Source of the DNA: an uncultured Bacteroidales bacterium | GTDB lineage: Bacteria; Bacteroidota; Bacteroidia; Bacteroidales; BM520 | Length of the DNA stretch: 64,000 nucleotides | Direction: 5' to 3' | Assembly (NCBI GenBank): GCA_964474455.1 | Contig: CAYYSU010000010.1 | Location: 518 to 64,517 of the forward strand | In this document: positions 38,201-46,887 of the stretch, piece after piece | Layout of the letters: each line of letters begins with the position of its first letter | Position numbering within the stretch: the stretch's first letter is position 1 | Made by a program: the position numbers and the translations under genes | Notes under the pieces: model-generated | The model's input: only the letters and a program-made list of their open reading frames with translations | Told to the model about the DNA's origin: nothing | Database searches by the model: none

Positions 38201-39202
38201 ATGAGAAAATTCATCCTATATATACTGCCTGTTTTTATCTGTACGATAGTATCGCATTCTGTCGTCGCACAGGATGTTAGCGTGAAATCCTGGCTGGATA
38301 CTACCTCAATATTAGTGGGGCAACAAACCAGCGTGTGGCTTAACGTGGATTGTAATAAGAATACTAGTGTACTATGGCCTGAAGTTAATGATACTTTAAG
38401 GGCGGAGATCGAAGTGCTGAGAAAATCACCTGTTGATACCTTTAATATTGATAATGATAAGGTTTCTTATCGACAGGAGTTGATAATAACTTCCTTTGAT
38501 TCAGGGTATTATGCCGTGCCTCCATTCCGTTTTGTTATTGATCCTGATGGAATCGACAAGGAGTTGGAGACAATGGCCCATCTGCTGGAGGTTCATTCCG
38601 TCAAGGTGGATACCACGAAAACATTTAGGGATATTACTCCTATTCATGATATGCCAGTAACTTTTGTTGAGGTTTTACCATGGGCTCTTTTGGGTATCGT
38701 TGCCGTTGCACTTATTGTTTTTTTAATCCTTTTCCTGAAAAGAAGAGAGAGCGGTGAGGGATCTATTGCATTGATACGCAAACCCACAGTGCCACCTCAT
38801 CGCATTGCGCTGGATTCATTGGATGATCTTAAAGAAAAGAGACTTTGGCAGAAGGGGGATTTAAAGAACTATTATAAAGGTATTACTGATATTCTTCGCG
38901 TTTATCTCGAAGGTCAATTCAACGTAAGTGCTGTGGAGATGACTACCACTGATATTCTGGAGCAGGCGTCTGAAAATAGTGTCCTGAGTGGTTTATGTTC
39001 TCAGGTTAATAGCCTGTTTACTGATTCGGATCTGGTAAAATTCGCTAAATTTAAACCTAGAGTTGAGGAGAATGAACAGATATGGGAGGACGCCCGTCAA
39101 TTTATTCTCTCCTCTTATGATGAGTATGTGGTTGCTATGAAGAGCTCTGATGCCTCTGCGGGTGATCAGGAGTTGATGGGAGAGGAGGTTGATAATGTTT
39201 AA
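38201..39202 (+). CDS. Bat-operon membrane protein (DUF4381-like; BatD-like N-terminal domain, single TM segment, cytoplasmic tail)
   Basis: The 333-aa ORF has a signal/anchor, a central TM segment (ALLGIVAVALIVFLILFL), and the motif DLVKFAKFKP, which is typical of the protein between DUF58 and BatA. Confidence 0.6.
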   Translation: MRKFILYILPVFICTIVSHSVVAQDVSVKSWLDTTSILVGQQTSVWLNVDCNKNTSVLWPEVNDTLRAEIEVLRKSPVDTFNIDNDKVSYRQELIITSFDSGYYAVPPFRFVIDPDGIDKELETMAHLLEVHSVKVDTTKTFRDITPIHDMPVTFVEVLPWALLGIVAVALIVFLILFLKRRESGEGSIALIRKPTVPPHRIALDSLDDLKEKRLWQKGDLKNYYKGITDILRVYLEGQFNVSAVEMTTTDILEQASENSVLSGLCSQVNSLFTDSDLVKFAKFKPRVEENEQIWEDARQFILSSYDEYVVAMKSSDASAGDQELMGEEVDNV

Positions 39203-39206
39203 TAAT

Positions 39207-40193
39207 ATGGAGTTTCATAACAGGCCGTTGCTTTTTCTTATTCTGCTTATTCCGGTTCTTGTGGCTTGGTACATCTTGAAAGGAAGAAAGAACTACGGTG
39301 ATATGCGTGTTGCTGACAGCTCTGCATTTGGTTCTGCGGCCATAGGTGTTCGTCATTATATTTTTCATGGTTTGTTTGTTTTGCGAATGCTGGCTTTGGC
39401 AGCACTGATAATCGCTTTGGCCCGGCCACAAACCAGCTCTGAGGGGCAGAATGTTTCTATTGAAGGAATTGATGTGGTTGCTGCAATCGATGTTAGTGGT
39501 AGTATGCTGGCTGAAGATTTTAAGCCCAACCGTTTGGAGGCAGCAAAAGTTGTTGCCTCGAATTTTGTTGACGGGAGACCTAACGACAGAATCGGACTTG
39601 TGATATTTAGTGGTGAGTCATTTACTCAATGCCCGCTAACAACAGATCATAATGTTGTTAAAAGCCTTTTCAAAGAGGTTAAAAGTGGTGTGCTGGAAGA
39701 TGGTACCGCCATTGGTGATGGACTGGCAACAGCAGTAAACAGATTGAGAGAGAGTACAGCTATAAGTAAGGTGATTATTCTACTTACTGATGGTGAGAAT
39801 AACAGGGGTTCTGTGGATCCTTTATCGGCGGCGGAGATTGCGAAATTATATGGCGTGCGTGTTTATACTATTGGCGTTGGCACCAATGGTAAAGCTCCTA
39901 TGCCGGCACATGATATCTTCGGACGGAAAGTCTATCAGGAGGTGGAAGTGAAGATTGATGAAAAGACTCTGACCTCTATAGCGGAAAGTACTGGGGGAAA
40001 ATATTTCCGTGCCACGGGTAATACTTCATTGGAGGCTGTTTTTAAGGAGATCGATCAGATGGAGAAATCGAAGATCGATGTTACCGATTTTCAGACAAAG
40101 AGTGAGGAGTTTCTTCCGTTTGTGTTATTTGCCATGCTGTTGATAGCTCTTGAGTTTATATTGAGAACAACTGTATTAAAAATATTACTATAG
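39207..40193 (+). CDS. batA: VWA-domain membrane protein BatA
   Basis: It has an N-terminal TM pair, a VWA MIDAS motif (AIDVSGSM ... LLTDGENN) and a C-terminal TM segment. The start is set at the ATG 4 nt after the upstream stop; the track ORF starts at a TTG at 39189. Confidence 0.85.
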   Translation: MEFHNRPLLFLILLIPVLVAWYILKGRKNYGDMRVADSSAFGSAAIGVRHYIFHGLFVLRMLALAALIIALARPQTSSEGQNVSIEGIDVVAAIDVSGSMLAEDFKPNRLEAAKVVASNFVDGRPNDRIGLVIFSGESFTQCPLTTDHNVVKSLFKEVKSGVLEDGTAIGDGLATAVNRLRESTAISKVIILLTDGENNRGSVDPLSAAEIAKLYGVRVYTIGVGTNGKAPMPAHDIFGRKVYQEVEVKIDEKTLTSIAESTGGKYFRATGNTSLEAVFKEIDQMEKSKIDVTDFQTKSEEFLPFVLFAMLLIALEFILRTTVLKILL

Positions 40194-40202
40194 AAAGATT
40201 AT

Positions 40203-41240
40203 ATGTTTCGGTTTGCACATACATATATATTATACGCCCTGGCACTTATTCCTGTGTTCTGGGGGCTTCACCTCTATTTAAGGCAACGTAAAAAGAGAGT
40301 GTTAAAATGCGTCGGCGATGCTAAGGTTGTGGAACGCCTTATGGAAGGTGTTTCTTCAACACGTCAAAGGACGAAGTTTCTTTTGCTTATGCTTGCATGG
40401 ATAATGCTTGTAATCGGCGCTGCAGATCCACAGATAGGATCAAAAATGGAGAATGTCAAGCGTAAAGGTATTGACCTGGTGATAGCACTTGATGTCTCTA
40501 ACTCTATGTTGTCAGAGGATATAAAACCCAACAGACTGGAACGTTCGCGCCAGGCTATTTCGCGACTTATCGGTAAGCTGGAGGGTGATAGACTGGGGAT
40601 GGTAATATTTGCCGGAAAAGCATATATGCAGATGCCCGTAACAACGGATTATGCTGCGGCAAAATTGATGCTTTCTACCGTTAACACCAATCTTATCCCT
40701 GTGCAGGGTACGGCCATCGGCGATGCCATAAAACTATCGATGAATTCGTTTGAGGAAAACGATCATCAGAAAGCAATAATTGTTATTACCGATGGCGAAA
40801 ACCACCAAGGAGATGCTGTGGAAGCAGCTATGAAAGCAGCCGAAAAAGGTATTAAAATATATACTATTGGTATGGGTCTCCCGGAAGGTGGCCCCATACC
40901 GGTTTTTCAGAATGGACGAAAAACAGGTTTTAAAAAGGATAAACAGGGGAATACCATCGTTACTAAACTAAATGATGAAATGCTGAGTGAGATCGCCGCT
41001 GCCGGAAATGGAATGTACGTTAGAGCAAATAACTCACGTGCAGGCCTCGAAAAAGTATTTAGAGATATTAACGCCCTGGATAAAAGTGAAATAGAGAGTA
41101 GGGTGTTTTCTGATTATGAACATCGTTTCCAGTACTTTATAGCGTTGGCGTTATTGCTATTGGTCATTGAACTGTTGATCTCCTCAAGGAGAAGCAGATT
41201 TTTCTCTTCTGTTAATCTTTTTAATAACAAGAGAATATGA
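40203..41240 (+). CDS. batB: VWA-domain membrane protein BatB
   Basis: It has a MIDAS motif (ALDVSNSM ... VITDGENH) and TM segments at both termini. Confidence 0.85.
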   Translation: MFRFAHTYILYALALIPVFWGLHLYLRQRKKRVLKCVGDAKVVERLMEGVSSTRQRTKFLLLMLAWIMLVIGAADPQIGSKMENVKRKGIDLVIALDVSNSMLSEDIKPNRLERSRQAISRLIGKLEGDRLGMVIFAGKAYMQMPVTTDYAAAKLMLSTVNTNLIPVQGTAIGDAIKLSMNSFEENDHQKAIIVITDGENHQGDAVEAAMKAAEKGIKIYTIGMGLPEGGPIPVFQNGRKTGFKKDKQGNTIVTKLNDEMLSEIAAAGNGMYVRANNSRAGLEKVFRDINALDKSEIESRVFSDYEHRFQYFIALALLLLVIELLISSRRSRFFSSVNLFNNKRI

Positions 41241-41980
41241 AAAGGATATTATTTATAACCGGAATATTGTTAATTGCTGTTTCTTTATCACTATTTGGCC
41301 AAAATACCAGGAAGGATATCCGAAGCGGAAACCGTGACTTTCGTGAGGGTGATTTTCAGCAGGCTGAGTTGAAATACAGGAAAGCACTGGAGGAACCGGA
41401 CAAAAATAAGGTAAGCGCTCTATTCAATCTTGGTGGTGCGCAATATCGCCAGGAGAACTACGAAGCAGCTCAAGGCTCGTGGGCTATGGTTGCAGATCAG
41501 GCGGAATCACACGTGCAGAAATCAGAAGCTGCATATAATCTGGGAAACTCTTTGATGAAATCTCAGGATTATGAGAAAGCTGTTGCATTATATAAAGAAG
41601 CTCTGAGAAAGAACCCTGGATTTGAGGATGCACGGTATAATTTGGAGTATGCAAAGAAGATGTTGCAGCAACAGGATCAGCAGAACCAGGATCAGCAGAA
41701 CCAGGATCAGCAGAATCAGGATCAACAGAATCAGGATCAGCAGAATCAGGATCAGCAGAACCAGGATCAGCAGAACCAGGATCAGCAGAACCAGGATCAG
41801 CAGGGTCAGGATCAACAGGAGCAACAACAGCAGGAGCAACAACAGCAGGAACAGCAGATATCAAAAGAAGATGCTCAAAGAATGTTGGAGGCACTTCAAC
41901 AAAGTGAAAAGGAGACAATGGAGAAGCTAAACCGTACGAAGATGAATGCATCAAAAGTTAGAATTGAAAAAGACTGGTAG
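41237..41980 (+). CDS. batC: TPR-repeat protein BatC with a Q/N/D-rich repeat tail
   Basis: It has a signal/anchor, TPR-like repeats (AAYNLGNSLMKSQDYEKAVALYKEALRKNP) and eight copies of (QNQDQ). It overlaps batB by 4 nt. Confidence 0.8.
   Translation: MKRILFITGILLIAVSLSLFGQNTRKDIRSGNRDFREGDFQQAELKYRKALEEPDKNKVSALFNLGGAQYRQENYEAAQGSWAMVADQAESHVQKSEAAYNLGNSLMKSQDYEKAVALYKEALRKNPGFEDARYNLEYAKKMLQQQDQQNQDQQNQDQQNQDQQNQDQQNQDQQNQDQQNQDQQNQDQQGQDQQEQQQQEQQQQEQQISKEDAQRMLEALQQSEKETMEKLNRTKMNASKVRIEKDW
41678..41812 (+). repeat. In-frame 15-bp tandem repeat (9 copies, consensus CAGCAGAACCAGGAT) inside batC, extended by a degenerate Q/E-rich CAG/CAA tract to about 41857
   Basis: This is a direct reading of the sequence. 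The copies differ only at synonymous C/T positions, apart from one CAA and one GGT variant. Confidence 0.95.
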
Positions 41981-41982
41981 TT

Positions 41983-43872
41983 ATGTTAAATAATAGACTC
42001 TGGAAAATAAACCCCGGCAGAGTATTATCAGTATTACTGATTTTTTTCTCTGTAACGTCACTTGCACAGGAAGTTACTTTTGTTGCTAAGGCTCCAAAAG
42101 TAGTACGTGTGGGCGAGCAGTTTCAGATTAAGTATACTATTACCGGTGATTTTCAGAATTTCACTCCTCCATCAATGGCTTCGTTTAATGTCTTGAGTGG
42201 TCCGAATCAAAGTCGTAGTAGTAATTTCGAGTTTCGTAACGGAAAAAGCTCAACATCCACTACCACTACATACTCATATTGGCTTCAGGCCAAAAACGCC
42301 GGTACCTTTACCATAGAACCGGGTCGTATAAAAATCTCAAAAAAGGAAGAAAAGAGCTCAAATAATATCGGCATTCAGGTTGTCGCCGGGAAAACAAGTT
42401 CTGCATCACCAACAAACAACAGCTCTGCTGGAACTAACAGTACTAGTAATGTTTCAAATGTATCTCAAGACAGGGGAAGTGATATAGTAGATGACGATGT
42501 TTTTGTTAGGACCGAAGTAGGGAAACGTACTGTTTATATAGGTGAACAATTTGTTGTTTCTGAGCGGCTTTATACGCGATTGCCTGTTGCTGGTTTTGGC
42601 GATGTGACCTTTCCCAGTTACTCTGGCTTTTGGGCTCAAGAGGTGGATATCCCTGATCGTATCAACCTGGAAAGGGTGGCACTAAATAATAGTGTTTACA
42701 ATATGGGTGAATTGAAACGGACAATTTTGTTTCCCCAGAAAAGTGGTGAGATCGAGATACAACCTTCTGAAGTAGAGGTCATTATTCAGAAACGTGATAA
42801 CTCGCAACGCAGAAGAACGGGAAATCCATTTATTGATGATCCTTTCTTTAATCCCCGGGTGAGCAATGTTCCTGTTACCTGTAAAGCAAAACCTGTCACA
42901 ATAAATGTTTTGCCGCTCCCTGTAGAGGGTAAGCCCGTTGATTTTAGCGGTGCTGTTGGTCAGTTTACCATATCCTCATCCATCGACAAGACCTCTTTGA
43001 AGGCTAATGAAGCAATAACGATAAAATATAAGATATCCGGAACAGGGAACCTTCCGCTTATAGATCTGGAAGAAGTGCGTTTTCCTCATGATTTTGAGGT
43101 TTATGACCCCAAGGTATCCAAGAATATCCGTACCAGTAACAACTCTGTTACCGGAACCATATCCTTCGAATATGTCCTTATCCCCAGGTCTGCCGGGTCA
43201 TATGCTATTCCTCCGGTGGCTTTATCCTATTTTGATCCCACAAAAAAGAAATATGTTACTCTGCAATCCTCCGGATATGAGATTAATGTGGAGAAAGGTG
43301 ATGCGCAGGATAATGCTATTATATATCAGGGGCTGGCGAAGGAAGAGGTACAGCTTATCGGTGAAGATATCAGGTTTATAAAAACCGAAACAAAGCCATT
43401 CCGTAAAACAGGTACATTCTTCTTCGCATCAACACAGTGGTATATCATACTTATAACCTTGTTTGTTGTGGCTATAGGATTGTTTGTTCTTTTCTCATTA
43501 CGCAGGAAAAATCAAGCTGATGTTGTTAAAATGAAAAACAAAAAGGCTATACGACTGGCGCGTAAGAGATTGAGAAAAGCTGAACAGTTGATGAAGGATA
43601 ACAATGTGGAAGTTTTCTATGAAGAGATATCCACGGCATTGTGGGGATATCTTGGCGATAAACTTAATATTCAACCATCCGAGCTTAACAGCGATAATGT
43701 TCGTGAGAATCTTCTTTCCATTGGTGTGGACAAGAGCACCGTGGAGAAATTTTTTACTACGGTATCTCATTGTGATTATGCCCGTTTTGCCCCCGGAGAC
43801 CTCTCTTCAGGAATGCAAAATGTTTATAACGAATCGATATTGTTAATAACCCTTCTGGAGAAAATTTTTTAA
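41983..43872 (+). CDS. batD: BatD (oxygen-tolerance) protein
   Basis: The 629-aa ORF has a signal peptide, repeated Ig-like BatD modules (VGEQFQIKYTI..., ANEAITIKYKISGTGNL), a late TM segment (WYIILITLFVVAIGLFVLF) and a cytoplasmic tail. Confidence 0.8.
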   Translation: MLNNRLWKINPGRVLSVLLIFFSVTSLAQEVTFVAKAPKVVRVGEQFQIKYTITGDFQNFTPPSMASFNVLSGPNQSRSSNFEFRNGKSSTSTTTTYSYWLQAKNAGTFTIEPGRIKISKKEEKSSNNIGIQVVAGKTSSASPTNNSSAGTNSTSNVSNVSQDRGSDIVDDDVFVRTEVGKRTVYIGEQFVVSERLYTRLPVAGFGDVTFPSYSGFWAQEVDIPDRINLERVALNNSVYNMGELKRTILFPQKSGEIEIQPSEVEVIIQKRDNSQRRRTGNPFIDDPFFNPRVSNVPVTCKAKPVTINVLPLPVEGKPVDFSGAVGQFTISSSIDKTSLKANEAITIKYKISGTGNLPLIDLEEVRFPHDFEVYDPKVSKNIRTSNNSVTGTISFEYVLIPRSAGSYAIPPVALSYFDPTKKKYVTLQSSGYEINVEKGDAQDNAIIYQGLAKEEVQLIGEDIRFIKTETKPFRKTGTFFFASTQWYIILITLFVVAIGLFVLFSLRRKNQADVVKMKNKKAIRLARKRLRKAEQLMKDNNVEVFYEEISTALWGYLGDKLNIQPSELNSDNVRENLLSIGVDKSTVEKFFTTVSHCDYARFAPGDLSSGMQNVYNESILLITLLEKIF

Positions 43873-43880
43873 TACTTTTT

Positions 43881-44645
43881 ATGATGTACAGGTTTTTAAT
43901 CATAATAATTGTAGTTATCACCGGATGGATCGCTCCTGCCAGTGGTCAGAATTCAAATACTCTCTTTCAGGAAGGAATAAATGCCTATTCGGAGCAGAAC
44001 TACTCTTTGGCAATGATGAAATTTGAAAGTATTATTGATTCCGGTGAGGAGTCGGGTGAGTTGCTTTATAATATGGGTAATATAGCATATAAGCAGAAAG
44101 ATTATCCATTAGCCATATTATACTACGAACGCGCTAAATTGTACCTTCCTTCTGACCAGGATCTTGAGGCAAACCTGGCTCTTGCCAATGCTCATATAAT
44201 AGATAAAATAGAACCGCTTCCTGAGCTTTTTTATGAAAAATGGTGGGATGCTGTTGTTATCAGTTTCTCTCCTGATAACTGGGGTATAATCACATTGGTT
44301 CTGCTTGCTGTTTTTCTATCTCTGTTATTACTGTTTTGGTTTTCCCGCACAGTTGTCTTAAAAAAGACATGGTTCTACGCAGGAGTTATAACGTTGGTAT
44401 TATTTATTTTTTCGTTGTTGGTCTCTCTAGAGTCAAATAACAGACTTACCGCGCATGATCATGCCATTGTTTTTAAACCCTCTGTCACTGCCAAGAGCTC
44501 TCCCTTTAGCGACAGCATAGATGTTTTTGTTGTTCATGAGGGAACAAAAGTGGCTCTTGACAATCAGAAAGGCGATTGGGTAAGGATTCGTCTGAGTAAT
44601 GGCAATGTTGGCTGGGTACATGGTGAATCGCTGGAAATTATTTAA
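43881..44645 (+). CDS. batE: BatE (TPR plus TM segments plus a C-terminal SH3-like domain)
   Basis: It has TPR repeats (LLYNMGNIAYKQKDYPLAILYYERA), two TM segments and an SH3b-like tail (GDWVRIRLSNGNVGWVHGESLE). Confidence 0.8.
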   Translation: MMYRFLIIIIVVITGWIAPASGQNSNTLFQEGINAYSEQNYSLAMMKFESIIDSGEESGELLYNMGNIAYKQKDYPLAILYYERAKLYLPSDQDLEANLALANAHIIDKIEPLPELFYEKWWDAVVISFSPDNWGIITLVLLAVFLSLLLLFWFSRTVVLKKTWFYAGVITLVLFIFSLLVSLESNNRLTAHDHAIVFKPSVTAKSSPFSDSIDVFVVHEGTKVALDNQKGDWVRIRLSNGNVGWVHGESLEII

Positions 44646-44661
44646 CACATCTTTCTTTTTT

Positions 44662-44669
44662 TACCTTTG
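44662..44669 (+). promoter_or_regulatory. Candidate -7 promoter box TACCTTTG for selU
   Basis: It matches TAnnTTTG and ends only 6 nt before the ATG at 44675, which implies a leaderless or near-leaderless mRNA. Confidence 0.45.
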
Positions 44670-44674
44670 CGTCA

Positions 44675-45718
44675 ATGGTAGAATACATATCTGTAGAAGA
44701 GTTTTTCCGTCTTCAGCAAGAAGGGATTCCGGTGTTGGATATCCGTTCTCCGGGCGAGTATGCACAGGGTCATATCCCCGGAGCTATACGTTTTCCGTTG
44801 TTTGATGATGAAGAGCGAAAAGAGGTAGGCACTCTTTACAAAAAGTCAGGCCACGAGAAAGCTTTTTTGGCTGGGCTGGATTATGCCGGCAGCAGAATGT
44901 CGGAGTACGTTCGCAGTGCCTCAGCATTACATAGCAAGCCTCTGTTGTTGCACTGCTGGCGTGGTGGTAAAAGAAGTGAGAGTATGGCCTGGCTATTATC
45001 GCAGGCTGAGCATAATTGCTATGTCCTGGAAGGTGGTTATCGTGCATATCGTAAATATATAAGAGGAGTTCTGGATACCAACGATAACTATATTGTCCTG
45101 GGCGGCATGACAGGAAGCAATAAAACAGGGATGTTGAAGGAGATGCAAAGTCAGGGGATTCAGGTAATTGATCTGGAGGGCCTGGCACATCATAAAGGCT
45201 CTGCTTTTGGACACATCAATGAGCCTGAGCAACCAACGTCAGAGCAGTTTGAAAACGACCTCTTTGCACAATTACAAAAACTGGATACTGAAATCCCGAT
45301 ATGGCTGGAAGATGAAAGCCGTAGTATTGGAAGAGTTGTTATGCCCGAAAAATTCTATCTCAACAAACGAAATGCTCCACTTCTGGTGGTGGATGTACCT
45401 AAGGAATCACGAATACTACACCTTGTGGAGGATTATGCCGGTATAGATGATCAATACCTGTATGAAGCATTGAATAAAATAGAAAAAAAACTTGGAGGAG
45501 ATAATGTGAAAACCTGCTCCCAGGCACTGAAGGTGAAGGACTATTATACGGTTGCGGATATCACACTTTCATATTACGACAAGGCATATAACTATGCTAT
45601 TACTTCAGGGCATAAAAATGAAAATGTATATAATCTGTCACTGGAATCTATTGACCCAGTGGAAGGAGCTAACAAAATTATTCTCTGGTACAGAGAATTT
45701 TTAGGAAAACATTATTAA
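44675..45718 (+). CDS. selU: tRNA 2-selenouridine synthase (SelU/MnmH)
   Basis: It has an N-terminal rhodanese domain with the active-site loop HCWRGGKRSES, followed by the P-loop GGMTGSNKTGML. The length is 347 aa. Confidence 0.88.
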   Translation: MVEYISVEEFFRLQQEGIPVLDIRSPGEYAQGHIPGAIRFPLFDDEERKEVGTLYKKSGHEKAFLAGLDYAGSRMSEYVRSASALHSKPLLLHCWRGGKRSESMAWLLSQAEHNCYVLEGGYRAYRKYIRGVLDTNDNYIVLGGMTGSNKTGMLKEMQSQGIQVIDLEGLAHHKGSAFGHINEPEQPTSEQFENDLFAQLQKLDTEIPIWLEDESRSIGRVVMPEKFYLNKRNAPLLVVDVPKESRILHLVEDYAGIDDQYLYEALNKIEKKLGGDNVKTCSQALKVKDYYTVADITLSYYDKAYNYAITSGHKNENVYNLSLESIDPVEGANKIILWYREFLGKHY

Positions 45719-45732
45719 TCACCAGCATTCTT

Positions 45733-45740
45733 TACATTTG
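45733..45740 (+). promoter_or_regulatory. Candidate -7 promoter box TACATTTG for ychF
   Basis: It matches TAnnTTTG. It overlaps the track ORF's TTG start at 45738, which argues for the ATG at 45756 as the real start. Confidence 0.45.
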
Positions 45741-45755
45741 CAAAAAAAATATCTC

Positions 45756-46853
45756 ATGGGATTGAATTGCGGAATTATAGGCCTTACAAATACAGGTAAA
45801 ACAACGATCTTTAACTGTATCTCTAATAATAAAGCTGAAGCAACAAGTTATGCTTTCAGTGCTACTAAATCGAATATAGGAATGATAGAAGTTCCTGATC
45901 CTCGGTTGATGGCAATTGATGATTTGGTAAAGAGTGAAAAGATTGTTTTGGCAACGGTGGATATTATCGACCTCCCCGGCCTTGCCAAAGGTGCTTCCAA
46001 GGGAGAAGGTGTGGGGAATAAATTCCTTGCCGATGTACAGCAGACGGATGCTTTGATACATGTTCTGCGTTGCTTTGATGATGAAAACCTGACCCACGTG
46101 GAGGGTAGTGTTGATCCGGTGAGAGATATAGAAATTGTCGATTTTGAGCTTCAGGTGCGCGACCTGGATCTGGTACAACGCAAAATCCAGAGAACTGAAA
46201 AGTTGGTTAAAATTGGTGATAAAGATGCAAAAAAAACACTGGAGATATTACAAAAATATGTAAACCAGTTTGAGAACTTTGGTAACGCACGCGATATGGT
46301 TCTCGATGAGGAGGAGAAAAACGCTGTCAAAGAGCTGATGCTTCTGACTGAGAAACCAGTTCTTTACGTTTGTAATGTTGATGAAGAGAGTGCCCTGGAA
46401 GGTAATGACTATTCCAGAAAGGTTGCTGAGCACCTCAGCGATTCCGGTGCCACTGTGATTAATATTGCAGGAGCTCTGGAAGCAGATATCACTGAGCTTG
46501 ACAGTGAAGAAGATCGTGCCGCTTTCTTGGCAGATGCCGGTCTCAAAGAACCCGGTGTCAACAAGATGATTCGCGCTGCTTACGGCATGCTAAACCTGCA
46601 ATCATTTTTTACCGCTGGCCCCAAAGAGGTTAGGGCATGGACAATAAAAAAAGGTATGACGGCACCACAAGCTGCCGGTGTTATTCACAGTGACCTGGAG
46701 CGTGGTTTTATTCGTGCTGAGGTGATAAAATATACCGACTTCCTTGAGCTCAAAACAGAGCATGCCTGCAAGGAAAAAGGTAAACTCTCTGTGGAAGGGA
46801 AAAACTACATCGTCAAAGACGGGGATATGCTTAATATCCGTTTTAACGTGTAG
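45756..46853 (+). CDS. ychF: Ribosome-binding/redox-regulated ATPase YchF
   Basis: It has the G1 motif GIIGLTNTGKTTIFN, the motif DIIDLPGLAKGASKGEG, a coiled-coil insert and a C-terminal TGS domain (GFIRAEVIKY...GKNYIVKDGDMLNIRFNV). Confidence 0.93.
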   Translation: MGLNCGIIGLTNTGKTTIFNCISNNKAEATSYAFSATKSNIGMIEVPDPRLMAIDDLVKSEKIVLATVDIIDLPGLAKGASKGEGVGNKFLADVQQTDALIHVLRCFDDENLTHVEGSVDPVRDIEIVDFELQVRDLDLVQRKIQRTEKLVKIGDKDAKKTLEILQKYVNQFENFGNARDMVLDEEEKNAVKELMLLTEKPVLYVCNVDEESALEGNDYSRKVAEHLSDSGATVINIAGALEADITELDSEEDRAAFLADAGLKEPGVNKMIRAAYGMLNLQSFFTAGPKEVRAWTIKKGMTAPQAAGVIHSDLERGFIRAEVIKYTDFLELKTEHACKEKGKLSVEGKNYIVKDGDMLNIRFNV

Positions 46854-46887
46854 TAGTTAGTTTCGAAAAGTTCTCTTTAAATATTTT

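Noticed and set aside
41678-41812. The regularly spaced 15-bp repeats could be mistaken for a CRISPR-like array.
   Set aside because: The repeats are directly abutting with no spacers. The unit is far shorter than CRISPR repeats, and the tract is in-frame coding sequence.
41484-41954. Three long alternative-frame or antisense ORFs lie across the batC repeat: 41484..41954 (-), 41588..41842 (-, poly-Leu) and 41622..41930 (+, RISRT repeats).
   Set aside because: They are artefacts of the 15-bp tandem repeat being open in several frames. The batC frame is continuous with TPR sequence upstream and a conserved tail downstream.
45732-46178. A 148-aa minus-strand ORF overlaps the 5' end of ychF. The TTG-initiated extension of ychF at 45738 also falls here.
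   Set aside because: The YchF G1 motif and the -7 box at 45733..45740 fix transcription and translation to the plus strand, starting at ATG 45756. The antisense product has no recognisable features.
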